From: Macrostomum lignano
Lineage: Eukaryota
Assembly: GCA_002269645.1 (NCBI GenBank)
Contig: NIVC01000486.1
Span: 248,001 to 312,000, forward strand
Reading direction: 5' to 3'
DNA: 64,000 nucleotides
In this document: one piece after another, positions 36,105 through 53,972 of the stretch
How positions within the stretch are numbered: position 1 is the stretch's first letter
How the letters are laid out: each line of letters starts with the position of its first letter
The notes under the pieces: model-generated
Told to the model about the DNA's origin: nothing
The model's input: the letters and a program-made list of their open reading frames with translations, nothing else
The model's database searches: none
Program-made: the position numbers and the translations under genes

Positions 36105-38018
36105 TGTGAATGTACACTAATTAGTTTGATGTACATTATGCATGTAAATAGACAAGGGCACAGGGTGCAAGGCAGAATTGAGTACAACATCTTTCCCCTA
36201 CAAGAATTTTCCAAGGAAATTAAAAAGGATGAAAGCGGCCTTTTAAATAGGCTATTGCATTCGCATGAATTGAATTTAAAGTTCGTTACTAGTCCATTCA
36301 TTGCAACAACATGTTTCAATTATATGGGTCTCTGGATTTTATTGTCCTAAAGCAGAGGTCGGAAAAATTTTTGCTTCAAGGGCCAGACAAAGAATCTTGA
36401 TTATTGCTGCGGGCCAGGTGAGAGTGGAAAGGTGATGGAATGGGGGAGAGAAGAAAGAGGAGATGACAGATGACGAAATAGAGGAGAAATGAGAGGCGAG
36501 ATAAGATATAAGATAAGAGAGAAGAGGAGAGATGTGAGGAGAGAAGAAAGGAGAGAGATGGAAGGAGAGAAGAGAGGTGAGGAGATGAGAGGAGAGACGA
36601 GATGAGAGGAGAGCAGAGACGAGATGAGAGTAGAGGAGAGAGGAGAGTAGAGGAGAGAAAAGAGAGAAGAAAGGAGAGAGAAGACAGCTGAGAAGAGACA
36701 CCAACCTATTGCCGGATTGCTATTTTCAAAGTTTCAAGTTCCAAAGGACCCGAGGGCCGGATTGAGAGGGCCGGAGTTTGCCGACCCCTGTCTTAAAGGT
36801 AATTGCGGACAGTGCAGATCGGTGATAGTAGCCTCATCGGGCTCCGCTGACCTTGCTGCAGCTGCTGCTACTAATTATCCAGTCTCTGGAATGCAGTGCT
36901 GGACCAGTTTCTTGAACAGCAAGAGACTGGTGCTGGCGCCGAGATTTGGGGTGCTGCCAGCAGTCTCGCAGCGCCTCACCCCAGGCGGCTCCTTGGGCGC
37001 TCGAGGAGCGGAGCGGCTTTTTTCTAGGAGCAGCTTCATGTCCTCCATGATGCGTCAGGCCTCTGTCATGGATGCAGCTTGATGCGCTCGCGATCGACGC
37101 TGACGATCGTGACGAATTGGATGATGAATGCTTCCGAAGAGAATGGCCGACCGCTGCCGTTCATGATTTGCTTCGAAGTCCCGAACACAGCGGACCGTTG
37201 ACGGGTCCAATGGCATCGACACCGATGCTCGACCATGCCGACTTCGGTAGCGTAGATAGCGTCGGTTTGGCTGTTAAAACTTCTGTCTGATTGGTGGCTG
37301 AATGCGCGATCGAGTTGGTTGGTTGGGAGACTTACGGGGAGTGACTCTCCGGACACTCAAGTTCAGCTGCTTTGATTCCACCAGCGCTGCCAATTCTGCT
37401 GATGTGCATCTTCCTTTTCGGCTCAAATCGCAATACCCCGAATACCCCTGCAAGTTGCCCACCACTGCCAAGTCGATCATGTCCTTCGAGCCGAATTGAA
37501 GACACTGACCAGGAGCTTACAGCCCTGCCGGCAGTTTCCAGAGGCGACCGAGAGCCGAGTTCGAGGGAAGGATAAAGCCGCCTTGTTGGAAGCCCATGTG
37601 GCGTTTTAGCATGCAGTCTCGATCTCTTTTAAAAAGTTTTCGTGTCGATGACATTGCAGCTGGCGCAACTGTCGACGAGGGCTTCCAGTCGCTTGCCGTT
37701 GATTGAGACTGTCAGTAGCGGCAGTTCGTCTTTGGTCAGACAGAACACCTCATCGTAAAAGTCGCTCGGTAGACTGCTGAAGCTCTCCGTGTTCTGTCGC
37801 CTTTGATCATTGAATTGAGGATGTGCACGCGCGGTCTCTTGAGTTTCGCTTGGACATGCAGGCCTTGGCAAGGTGTCCCGGTTTGTTGCAGATGCTGCAT
37901 GTTTCTCTATACGGCAACGTGGGCACACTTAAGTATTGTGAATGTACAATAGTTTAATGTACAGTATACATATAGAATCGACAAGGGCGCAGGGCGCGAG
38001 GCATAATAGAGTACAACA
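36105..38018 (-). mobile_element. Collapsed Ty3/Gypsy-like LTR retrotransposon remnant
   Basis: Diverged direct repeats of about 85 bp with TG...CA ends (36105-36189, 37937-38018). PPT-like TAGGGGAAAGA on the minus strand at 36200-36190. Minus-strand fragments of a zinc knuckle (CPRCRIEKH), aspartic protease (LEALVDSCASCNVI) and integrase (LPKSAWSSIGVDAIGPVNG; NGSGRPFSSEAF). No RT segment and no TSD seen. Confidence 0.65.
36353..36790. mobile_element. Non-autonomous hAT (Charlie-like) element, 438 bp, nested in the Gypsy remnant
   Basis: TIR CAGAGGTCGGAAAA versus CAGGGGTCGGCAAA (reverse complement of the right end); 8-bp TSD TCCTAAAG/TCTTAAAG with one mismatch; interior mostly GA-rich low complexity. 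Confidence 0.75.
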
Positions 38019-39589
38019 GTGGGCACCCTGGCCTTCGACGACGACATAGTCATGCCACCAGGGCTGAGGCAATTCTGCCCATTCTTCTGACTCCTGAGCG
38101 AATGCTAGCGCGAGGATACAGTACATGTACGCAGGCACGCACTGATCATATAAGGTGTACACAGTGGCCAGGCACATAAAAACACTCTCTCTGTTGCCTT
38201 GGGGACTGGCCCCTTCATAGGTGTGGGTCGCTCAAACTAGCTCGTACATGTACCAGCGAGCACAAGCTCTAAATGAATCCAGCCCAAACCAAAATTTGAC
38301 CCTCGAAAAACTTCTTAGGCGCGCAAAATTCAGTTGTCGAGGCGTGCACCGCGAGCAGAAGCCGTTAAAGAAATCTATTAAAAGTTACTTTTTGAAGCTC
38401 GTAATTATAATATTTGACGCTTCTTGGCTGGAATTTTTAGAATTCCAGCTGATGTCAATCAGCTAATTTAATAAGCAGTTTCCGAATGTAATAATTGCTA
38501 CTCTATGCAGGCCCATGTCGTAAGTCAAACCCATGCAGTTCGCTACAATATTGCAGTGCATAAAATGTACTTTTTAGTCTTGCAATCGAGGACTTTTTAA
38601 TAAAGGAACAAAAAGTGAATCCTTTTTCTGATCTCAAAATCAGCGAATATCAATTGTAAATCGATATTACTTACTAGCAAACAGTAGTAATAGATGTACA
38701 TGTAAAATTTTGCATTGTCAGCCAAATTCCTCAGATGCTAGGGTTTATTCTAAGGCATTTGAAGACACTTGATGAATTTACTCTTAACATTCATGATCCA
38801 CAACATGTGTACACGATCTACTAGCTTTCTACTACAGATGTATGTTACATGCTTGTGTGCCTGCTCAGGGGAGTCGGCGGAATGGGCAGTAAAATTACTA
38901 TCGGCCAACAGTTCTAGCAACGCCCAATTTTATTTTGGTTTTCAGAGTTGTGATATTTCGGGTTTGTGATGGCAAACCCCCCCCCGCAAATTTATAGTAA
39001 AAACGGACCCCCACAACATGGACACATCTCTTTGTCTCTCTGCCACTCGGGAGCCACTTCCCACTGCAATAATCGAAGGCTTCGCTTTCAAGTCATTGCA
39101 CCAGCCGTCAATATATGATTGAAGGGATTGATACTGCAATGATGACAAAACATAACATAACATGAAAACTTTATTAATGCATTATTGATAAAACCTGTTC
39201 TCTATATTCACCATCTTAGCATACGTTGGACTGCCAGGTAAATGAAACCAGGCATAGAAGAACTAAGATGGGAGCCAGCAGGCACACAGTACGAGGATGC
39301 AGGACCGAGTTCAAGACTTCAATGCCTGAATAACTAAGTAAGCCAAATAGGCACACATGAACTGCTGAATTGCACAAACAAGAAAACGAAAGCAACCGGG
39401 GTTCACGAGCACATGTTTACAACAGAGTTTAAGCAGGAAAATGTCAGCAGTTCGTACTCCTGACGGGTAGTTTAAATAGAACTGACAATTCAACTGTTTC
39501 TCTGGTGACCTTCGACACAGACAATATTGAGAGTTTGTGATTCCATTTTTTTCTAAACAATTTTCTAAACCGATGCTCACACTATAGTC

Positions 39590-45471
<5,882 letters not shown>

Positions 45472-47348
45472 GCTCTCTCGCTCAGCTTTGTGTTTATATA
45501 ATTGCTTTTGATGGAGTCAGTTGCAATGGGTGCGTAGCCTATACAGCTTATGTGGCCCGATTAATGATGCGCTGTCGCTGAAAGTAGTATTAGAGGAGTT
45601 GCAGAATCATCATTTGCGCACTGTCGAGTTTGTTAATCTGTACGCTGCATGAACAAGCTGTGTTGACACCCGCCACCAAGTGATTTTGGAAATCCGACCC
45701 TACGAAAAGAAACACGCAACTGCTTGAGCTTATACTATATTTATGATGGTGTACGTGAACTAGACTGAGATTTAAATAAGCCAGACGTTGGACGAACAGA
45801 TGCTAGTGTTCTCTATCGTTTTGCTTTATTTTTACGTAGGATCTTGTTGAAAAAGTTGCATTCTTTCGTATTTTCGTGAATGATATCACATATCATAAAT
45901 ATATTTATTATCGGTTGTTAGTTGTTAAGTTGTTTAAGTGCACTGTGATGTAAGAAACTTCGAACAATTTTGATTAGTTGCATGGATAAGAGATGCAGAG
46001 CGCCACTGAGACACTTTATGACATGGTGTTTAGAAACAGTTTTAAATAATTTAGGTAAGCGTATGAACTCCGCCAAACAAATAGACAAACAATAATGAGT
46101 GTTTGCAGGTCATGCTACTATGCAGTAGCACTGTATGGCTAATACCTAATTTAAATTTGCCTAAATTTTACTATTTTACTTAGGATTTTATTAAATTCTT
46201 AAATAGCTAAAACTTACAAAAGTCGACAAATAGATCATCGAAGTAGTTACAGATAGCTAAATTACAGATTATGCATAAGTAATTTGCATGCCGATGCCTC
46301 TAGTGAGAAATGCTTTAAATATCATGAAATATGACTAGGTAATTTAAATTAATTTATTGAGGAAATTTAAATTTACCACATAGCAGTTTTTAAAAATAAT
46401 TATTCGCGTTAATTAGTCAGCTCAGTGTCAAATTTAGACATGATTTTTGTTATTTATTATAATTAAATCAAATTCTTTATACTATAAAACGAGAAAATAT
46501 AATAGTTTCAGAAGTGAAGTCTAGGACTCTTGACTCTTGTTTATCGAGTCAACGTTAAGAATTTCAGGTTCTTACGTTTGAATTTATGGGACTTTTTATT
46601 GAATTTGATGTTATTGATCTTACTAGTAATAAAATACCGCTACAATGCCAAATGGACTGGATTCTTTAGATTGGAACCAGGCAACTGCACGATAAAGCAG
46701 GCCTCTATACGAATTTAAGAGCCGAGGCAGAGTTTCAGTCTTTCGATTCTTTTCCTCAAAGAGAAAACTTGTTCACATGTAGATTTCAATTCGTTTAATT
46801 TTGTTTCGCCTTTCTTGCTGTATCTTTGCTGTGTGGAGTCGAGGAGGCGAAATAGAAATGGACAACACTAAGCTAGCTTGTATGCAATAGGTCTGACCGC
46901 TGCGCTCGCTCTTCTCTCTCTGCTACGTTCATATGACATATATACACACAACACCACTCCCATTCCTGCTCTCCACTTTACCCCCCCCCCCCCACCCCTT
47001 GGGGGGCCTACACTGAAAAACCCTCTCCCCACGGAATGACCTTGCTGTAGCTCCTCGCTGATTGGTCCGCCGACCCCACTCACGTGCGGAATAGGCGGAG
47101 AGAAACGAGATGATAATTTTAGTCCAGCGAAGGGGGAGCAGCACACTGGAATCGCTAAAAGTAGATAGCACATCCATGTACATTTACTTGTACAAAAAGC
47201 GATAGCTTGGATAACTAATTAACAAGTAGCCGAACCTGAAGCAGACAAAATATACTATAGTTAATATAATATAATATAATATATAATATAATATACTAGT
47301 TATGCTATAATATATATTTTTATTTGTACTGCTAATGACTTAGGGGTA

Positions 47349-47446
47349 GGGCCCGTTCTATAAAGCCATCGTAAGATAAGATCGATCTTAGCTAAGATCG
47401 AACGTACGATCGAACTTGCGCTGAGACAGCTTTATAGTACGACCCC
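47349..47446. mobile_element. 98-bp palindromic MITE-like element
   Basis: Ends GGGCCCGTTCTATAAAGC and GCTTTATAGTACGACCCC (15/18 inverted match); internal perfect palindrome TAAGATCGATCTTA. No TSD found. Confidence 0.45.
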
Positions 47447-48102
47447 TTGTTATTTTTTAGTTTTTATTTAGGCTCGGCTGCCACCTTGTACATGTGTATA
47501 TAACAACAAAAATATTAATTTATGCCGAATAATTTCGTATTTCGTATAATTTCAGGAGTGGATTTAGAAGAAGGGGGCCGGGCGAAAAAAAAATTTGATT
47601 TTTTTAATTGAACAATAAATTTATATAATAACTATGCATGTAGATTCTATATAATGCTCCCATTGAGTTTCATTTGAAAAATCTTTACACACAACTGCCG
47701 TGACTCCTAACAGTAAAATAAAAAATTGCAATATTTAAAGATATTTTTTATTAAAGTTCTAATTATCACAAGCCATTAAAAAATTAATTAACTGTTATAG
47801 TTAAAATCAGTGCTTTTATTCGCACAAGTTTAAATAGTGTTAAATTTAGAGTTTTCTACGATTCGTATATTTTAAATCAGCTGTGTGTGCATCGGAGACT
47901 TAGAAACGTAGGAGTTAGACTGTTAGAACAGTTACTAAAATTCGCGATGTGGAAGGTTGTCTTAAATGTATCTACAGTAGCTAAAGCCTAAAATCAAGCG
48001 CAATGCTAGGAGTAGGCCTAGCCTTGATAGACGTTATTCCTTGATTCCTTGATTCCTTGACAGACGATAGACGTTATACTTATACCTCGAGTGTGCATAT
48101 GC

Positions 48103-49208
48103 GGGTGCTGGTCATTTCGTCAACTGCTAGTTCGTCAACTGGGTTGACGAATTGACTAACATTTTAAGGTGGTCTCACTTGCAGTTGACGAAATGACCAA
48201 GGTTTTAGATTGGTTCATTAGTCAGTTGACGAAATGACCTGAGAATGTTAGTTATTTCTTCTACAGTTTGCAAATGTCATAACATGTACATCAACTAACG
48301 CATATCATATCCGCTTATTACCTTTGTTATTATCGGGTATTATTCCAGAAACTCCCAGATTTTCCGGAACGTTCTCTATTAATTTGTATACATATGCAGC
48401 AAGCATGCCGCTACAAAGGCAAGATCGATCTTTTATGCTTTCCACCTTCTTCTTCGACTACTTCTGAATTCACCACAAAAAGAACCACCGATGAACCAAT
48501 TCTGACTTCTCTCAATCTATCTTCGCACCCACCCCCAACTGACAACGTGCCCTATCTCTGTAACTTGAACCAGGGCCCCTTGCGCTGACACCTGTTCTCT
48601 CAATCCATCTTCGCACCCACCCCCCAAACTGACAACATGCCCTGTCTCTGTAACTTGAACCAGCGCCCCTTGCGTTGACACCTGTTCTCTCAATCCATCT
48701 TCGCACCCACTCCCCCCCCCCCCAAGCTATCAATATGCGCCCTAGCTCGTGCGCCCTATCTTGGTCTTGGTTTCAATCAAAACGTGGGTGGTGTCGGAGG
48801 GGAGGGGTAGGCAGGTAGGCAGTTCTTGTAGGTATAGGCAGGACTAGAATCTCACAAGCAGAGTACAGGCAGCTTATGCGGCAGGACGTGTTTGAATGGT
48901 CGTGTGCCACTTGTCAGGCAAGACCAGCACCGCAGTACCGCACTGGTGAGTTGTCAATCCGTGCATTCCTGCTCCAGTGCTCGCGCCTCGGCCACGTTCC
49001 CCAGTTTTTCCCCAGGGCTGCATGCGGGGCGTGTATTATTGGCAGTTGACGAAGTGACCAAAAGTTGACATCGTCCCATTAAACAGTTGACGAAATAACC
49101 AAGCTTTGAAAGTATCCTATTGGTTGGTTGACGAAACGACCAATATGGGGAACGGGTTGACAATGTGTCCAGTTGACGAAATGGCAGTTGACGAAATGAC
49201 TAGGATCC
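48103..49208. mobile_element. Non-autonomous TIR DNA transposon, 1106 bp, GG...CC ends (Merlin- or Mutator-like)
   Basis: 40-bp TIRs match 35/40 (gggtgctggtcatttcgtcaactgc / ggatcctagtcatttcgtcaactgc); 8-bp TSD GCATATGC (48095-48102 and 49209-49216); subterminal GTTGACGAA motifs; internal tandem duplication of about 100 bp at about 48510-48710. Confidence 0.85.
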
Positions 49209-49895
49209 GCATATGCACCCTAAATTTCGAAATTTTAGACGGTCATTTTTTCATCACCAAATGACCGTCAGCATAGTTTATGCTCTGCTATGTGTTCAGT
49301 TGTTTTATAATTCATAAGCAGCTGTGTGAAAACAGATCTATAACTATAACTAGAAGTTTGACACAAATTGCTTTTGAAGTTTTGAAGTTTTGCAGCTTTG
49401 TTCCATTCTATATATTATGGTTCAAAAGTTACAAGTACTTAAAGTTCAAAACATGATGATGTGACCCTTTTGTGAAATGACCCATTAATGGCATTATTAG
49501 AAAGGCATTGCAACAATTAAGGATATTTTTGTGTTGCAACAATAAAGGACCTTTTTTGGGCTGTTGACAATAAAGAACCCTTTCTTGAATACAACATTTC
49601 TATCTTTTGTACACCAACAGCTACACTATATGCCAGCTCTGTTATGCAATTTTCTGGCGGATGGTTCTAGATGCCAGATATTTTATATGAATCATTTTTT
49701 TCATATCCATTGTATGCCAGAATTTTCTATCATATATATATATAAGATTTGGAAGTGGAGATTTAAAAAAATGTTGCTTTGTACAAAAGACAAGTATGAT
49801 ATTTAGTAAAAGTAAATTTTACAAAATTATTACTTTACTGCTGGTTATTATTTATATACTTGACATTGATTTGACACCATAGCATTATAGCAAAC

Positions 49896-50607
49896 GGGTG
49901 CTGACCAGTTTGGCAACAAACAAATTTGATGACAGAGACTCACAATGGACTAATTCAGCGAAAGCAAATTTGGCAACAATCTAGGCAAATTGGGCGACAA
50001 TTAATGAAGGAAAAACAATTGCATATGATTTAGATAATTCTTTTTGTAGAATGGTATTCTATAATGCAGATAAGTCCCTTTTTAACTAAGTTTGTTTTAT
50101 CTATCATTTATTCATAGTGAGTTTTTAAGTCCTTTCTAAGAAATGTTCGTTCATTTTAAGCTGAACAGCCTTGTCAGCAAAAACCTTAAATAGGACTTTG
50201 TAAAAAACAAGAAAATGGTTTTTTAGTATGCCTAGTTTTTAATAAGGTCTTTCCATTGTTTACAATGTCAGGGAAAGAATTCGCAAAAATATGTCATGCA
50301 AAGAAAAATAACAAAATTAAAATATGTCAAGTGGCCCCTATTCACCACTCACATTTCTCAAGATGCGGGATGTCCAATTTAACAAAACAATTTTTCAGTT
50401 ACTTTAACATGCTTATGCAGGCATTATTTCACATTTTTTAAACTTTCACATATATTGTAAGAAAGCCTTTTTACATGTAATTTGCTTTAACTTATCTTTA
50501 GGCTAGCTATAAAAAGATGTGTCGCCAAATTTGCCTAGATTGTTGCCGAGTTCACTTTCACCAAATTAGTCCATTGTGAATCTCTGTTGCCAAATTTGTG
50601 TGCATCC
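49896..50607. mobile_element. Non-autonomous long-TIR DNA transposon, 712 bp, GG...CC ends
   Basis: Imperfect TIRs of about 90-105 bp starting gggtgctgaccagtttggcaac / ggatgcacacaaatttggcaac; perfect 8-bp TSD TAGCAAAC (49888-49895 and 50608-50615). Confidence 0.85.
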
Positions 50608-50959
50608 TAGCAAACTATCTATTTTAGTATAGACTTTTGGTAGATAAACTAATACTAGATTACTAAAGCCTAATAAATAGTAAACAAAATGACTTAAACA
50701 TTTTATTGCTATTTGTAAAAAAATATTTAGGCCTAGTTTGTGTCAAATAGATTTTATTCGCAAAGTAAGCTTTTTATACCTTTTTATAACTATTCTATTG
50801 CAGCTTATTATAGCTAATATATCTTTAAAGTTACCTAGCAATATAGTGTATTTTCTATTAGGTATAACTAAAAGTCTTATACTTAATACAAAGCAGTAAG
50901 CATAAGGCCTACTAATAATATATATATATATATAGCATTAAGTATAGGCCTAGCTTAGA

Positions 50960-51318
50960 GGGGCCATAGCCCAGCAGTCTAGTGCAGGCTCTGGTGTGCC
51001 AGTGACCCAGGCTCAATTCCAAGTGCAGTCATCTTAATTTGGGGCTGAATTGGAATCTTGGCTTGGCTCTGCTTGTGCAATTAATGGCCTTGAGAGCCAA
51101 CCCCCCAAGGCGCAGTGAAGTGGATATGCCTAACAATAAAATAAAGTTAGGGCCACTGTACACTCCCATGTGAGTGTGTGCCTGTGTATGTATCCATGCG
51201 TTTGTGTGCCTGCTCAGGGGAGTCAGCGGAATGGGCAGTAATGCCTCTTGCCAGTTGTGTGCCTATGTCGCTTAAAGTGCGCCAGGGTGCACACAACCCC
51301 CCTGCCTCTAAAAAAAAT
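50960..51318 (+). mobile_element. Putative tRNA-headed SINE, family 2
   Basis: A-box-like tagcccagcag, B-box-like ggctcaattcc and poly(A) end. Homologous copy at about 53030-53680 (A-box tagcccagtgg, B-box ggctcgattcc) and a fragment at 38850-38892. Confidence 0.65.
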
Positions 51319-53029
51319 AGGCCTAGCTTTATATAATAGTACAACAAAAATTGTTAAGGGAGGAAATCATCAGATATACTAAAAATGAAAACTATATGTA
51401 TATGTATATATATGTCAATTGGTGCTATGTAAAATAGCTTCTAAAGGGTTAAGGGAGGAAATAGATTGTTAAGGGAGGAAATAGATTCTAAAGATTAAAA
51501 ACCCAATAGATGGCTCTATTTTTTGATAAAAGTGGATTCCCTTTGTTTTTTCAAGTTTGCCTAAGGGGGAAAAAGGTCCCCCTTTTCTTGGTTGCATCAT
51601 TGGCCTTGTACAACAAAACAAAATAGTATAAAAATTATTGGACCTTTTCTTAGTTTGTCTTTTAGTCCCCTAAGTCCATCTATGACCTTTTAAAGAATAG
51701 GCCCTTTAATAAGGCCTTGTGTTTATTAGTACAAAGCATATTAATAACCTAGTTATTTCAAATTTAATATTTCAAATTTCAAAACCCAATTTTGCATTGA
51801 AATACTTTCAATTTCAAATTGAGCTTTGAATTTTAGTAAAAATTAAACTATATCATCTATTTTTTTACTATACTTTAATCTCTACTGCTGCACTTTATAA
51901 TTCTATTAATGTCTTAGAATTTTTCTGGAAGCATCTTAGTATACTTCTGGTATAAGCAGTTTTATTGGTATATATATTCTTTTTTGTCTAGGTGCTATTG
52001 AGATTAGAGGGTCATAGCAATACTTTACTTTTTATATGGATTTGCATAAAGCCCCAATTCTCTTTCTCTGATTAACTTTCTTTAAGCTCTCCATTAGATT
52101 ATTTATTGAAAATAAGCAGCACTTGTAGTTCTGAAAATGAATTTAATAAACTCAAACACAAGTTAATAATTTAACAAGTTACAAGGTTTGAGTTTAGTTT
52201 ATTTATTTCCCTAAACTTGGCTCCTGTTTATACTAGATATATCATATATATTTAAGCAGATTTTATAAAATTCAAATATTTTGCATAATATAACAAACAT
52301 TTTTTGTGTTAGTTTAAAAGTTAAAATTTATTAGAATCTTAGAAAGCACTTCCACAGTTGATAAGGAACATTTTGATTTTTTTTAATTGAACAATAAATT
52401 AATATAATACTATGCATGTAGATTCTATATAATATAATCTATATTGGACTAGACAGGACATAGCAATTAAAAAAAAGTAAATTAGGAAAGTATAATACCA
52501 GAGGTATATTGGTAAGTCATAGCTTTAAATATAATATTGAAAATTAGTTAAAATGAATAATTATTATTAGTTTTAATTATCTTTTTTTCAATTTAGTTTC
52601 TAGTCATATTGGTGTTACTTATTTTTTGTCTAATATAATAAAGATCATATTTTTTGTTTTCAAAAATATTTTTTTCTTGATTCTTTCTTAAATTCTAGTT
52701 ATTTTTCTTCTCAAAGAATCAAAGATCAAAGTTTAAGTTGGGTAATTTTGTGTCTGGTGTGAACAAATGCATGTGCTGTTGTACAAAATATATTTTTTGG
52801 AAACATTTAATATCCATTTATAATTAATTACCTGGTATATATGTTTTCCTAGAATTGCCTCTATAGGGTCTTTTTATTCTATAGAACCAATTTCTTGATA
52901 TTGCCTCTAGAAGTTTACAAAAATGATGTATGCCTAGGAAAAAATGGGTTAGGGTCCTATCCTACTTAACCTTGATGCTATAGGTAAATGGCAGAAGTTG
53001 CTTTCACTATATAGAGCCTTGTCATAGCC

Positions 53030-53680
53030 CAGTGGTCTTCTGCAGTACTGTAATATGCTATTAGCCCAGGCTCGATTCCAAGTGCAGTCACATAAATTTG
53101 GAGCTAAATTGGAATCTTGGCTTGGCTCTGCTCATGCAATTAATGCCCTTGAGGGCCATACATGCGCAACAGTCGGCCGAGTTGGCCGATCCGGCCGACC
53201 GATTTGGCGGCCAATCAAGGAAGTCGCAAAAATGCCCACCCAAAAAATACCAAAGTAGTAGTACTAAGTAGATGACGAGGCATTTTAACTTAATAAGACA
53301 GTCATAGTTACTCCTGCCGTTTACCCAAAGTTGCGTTGATTTTGCTTTAGGGTTTTTTTACATGCAAGTCGCATTTTTGGCCAAAAACTACGTCGCATTT
53401 TTGTTAAAACTAAGTCGTATGGCCGACCGAGTTTTGGAGGTTGCGCATGTATGTTGAGGGCCAACCCCAAAGGAACAGTGAAGTGTACATGCCTAACGAA
53501 AAATAAAGTTAGGGCTGTTGTATACTCCTGTGTGTGCCTGTATATATGACTGCATATGTATCTGTGTGCTTGTGTGCCTGCTCAGGGGAGTCGGCGGAAT
53601 GGGCAGTAATGCTTCTCGCCGGTTGTGCAACAATATCGCTTAAAGTGCACCAGGATGCGTACAACCCTTTGTCTCTGATT
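53030..53680 (+). mobile_element. SINE family 2 copy interrupted by a 297-bp TIR element
   Basis: Colinear with 50960-51318 on both sides of the insertion. Confidence 0.7.
53157..53453. mobile_element. 297-bp MITE (hAT- or P-like)
   Basis: Perfect 14-bp TIR CATACATGCGCAAC / GTTGCGCATGTATG; perfect 8-bp TSD TTGAGGGC (53149-53156 and 53454-53461); the paralog near 51090 has a single ttgagagc site. Confidence 0.92.
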
Positions 53681-53972
53681 AACAGTAGATTTATTGTCAT
53701 TCCATAAGTTTTCTTTCCCAGCAGTTCTTTAAGTATCTTCTTTATATGTTTAATTGTTTTAAAAATCATGTACACACGTGTCTTTAAAATGGCATTGCAA
53801 TTGAGTGTTTTTTCTAATGAACTGTGATAATGTGTGCTTTATCTGGCTGCAAATCAAAGCCACCAAATATTGAAGCTCAGTCTACTGCTATGCTAGCCTA
53901 AATTAACCGACGCGTCTGTGGACTATCAAAACATTGTCTCAGCGACCAGGGCAGCTCAGCAGCCAATCAGCA

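Noticed and set aside
47590-52435. About 65-bp AT-rich direct repeat at about 47595-47655 and 52372-52432 as LTRs
   Set aside because: No TG...CA ends, PBS, PPT or retroelement coding sequence lies between them; probably fragments of a dispersed repeat.
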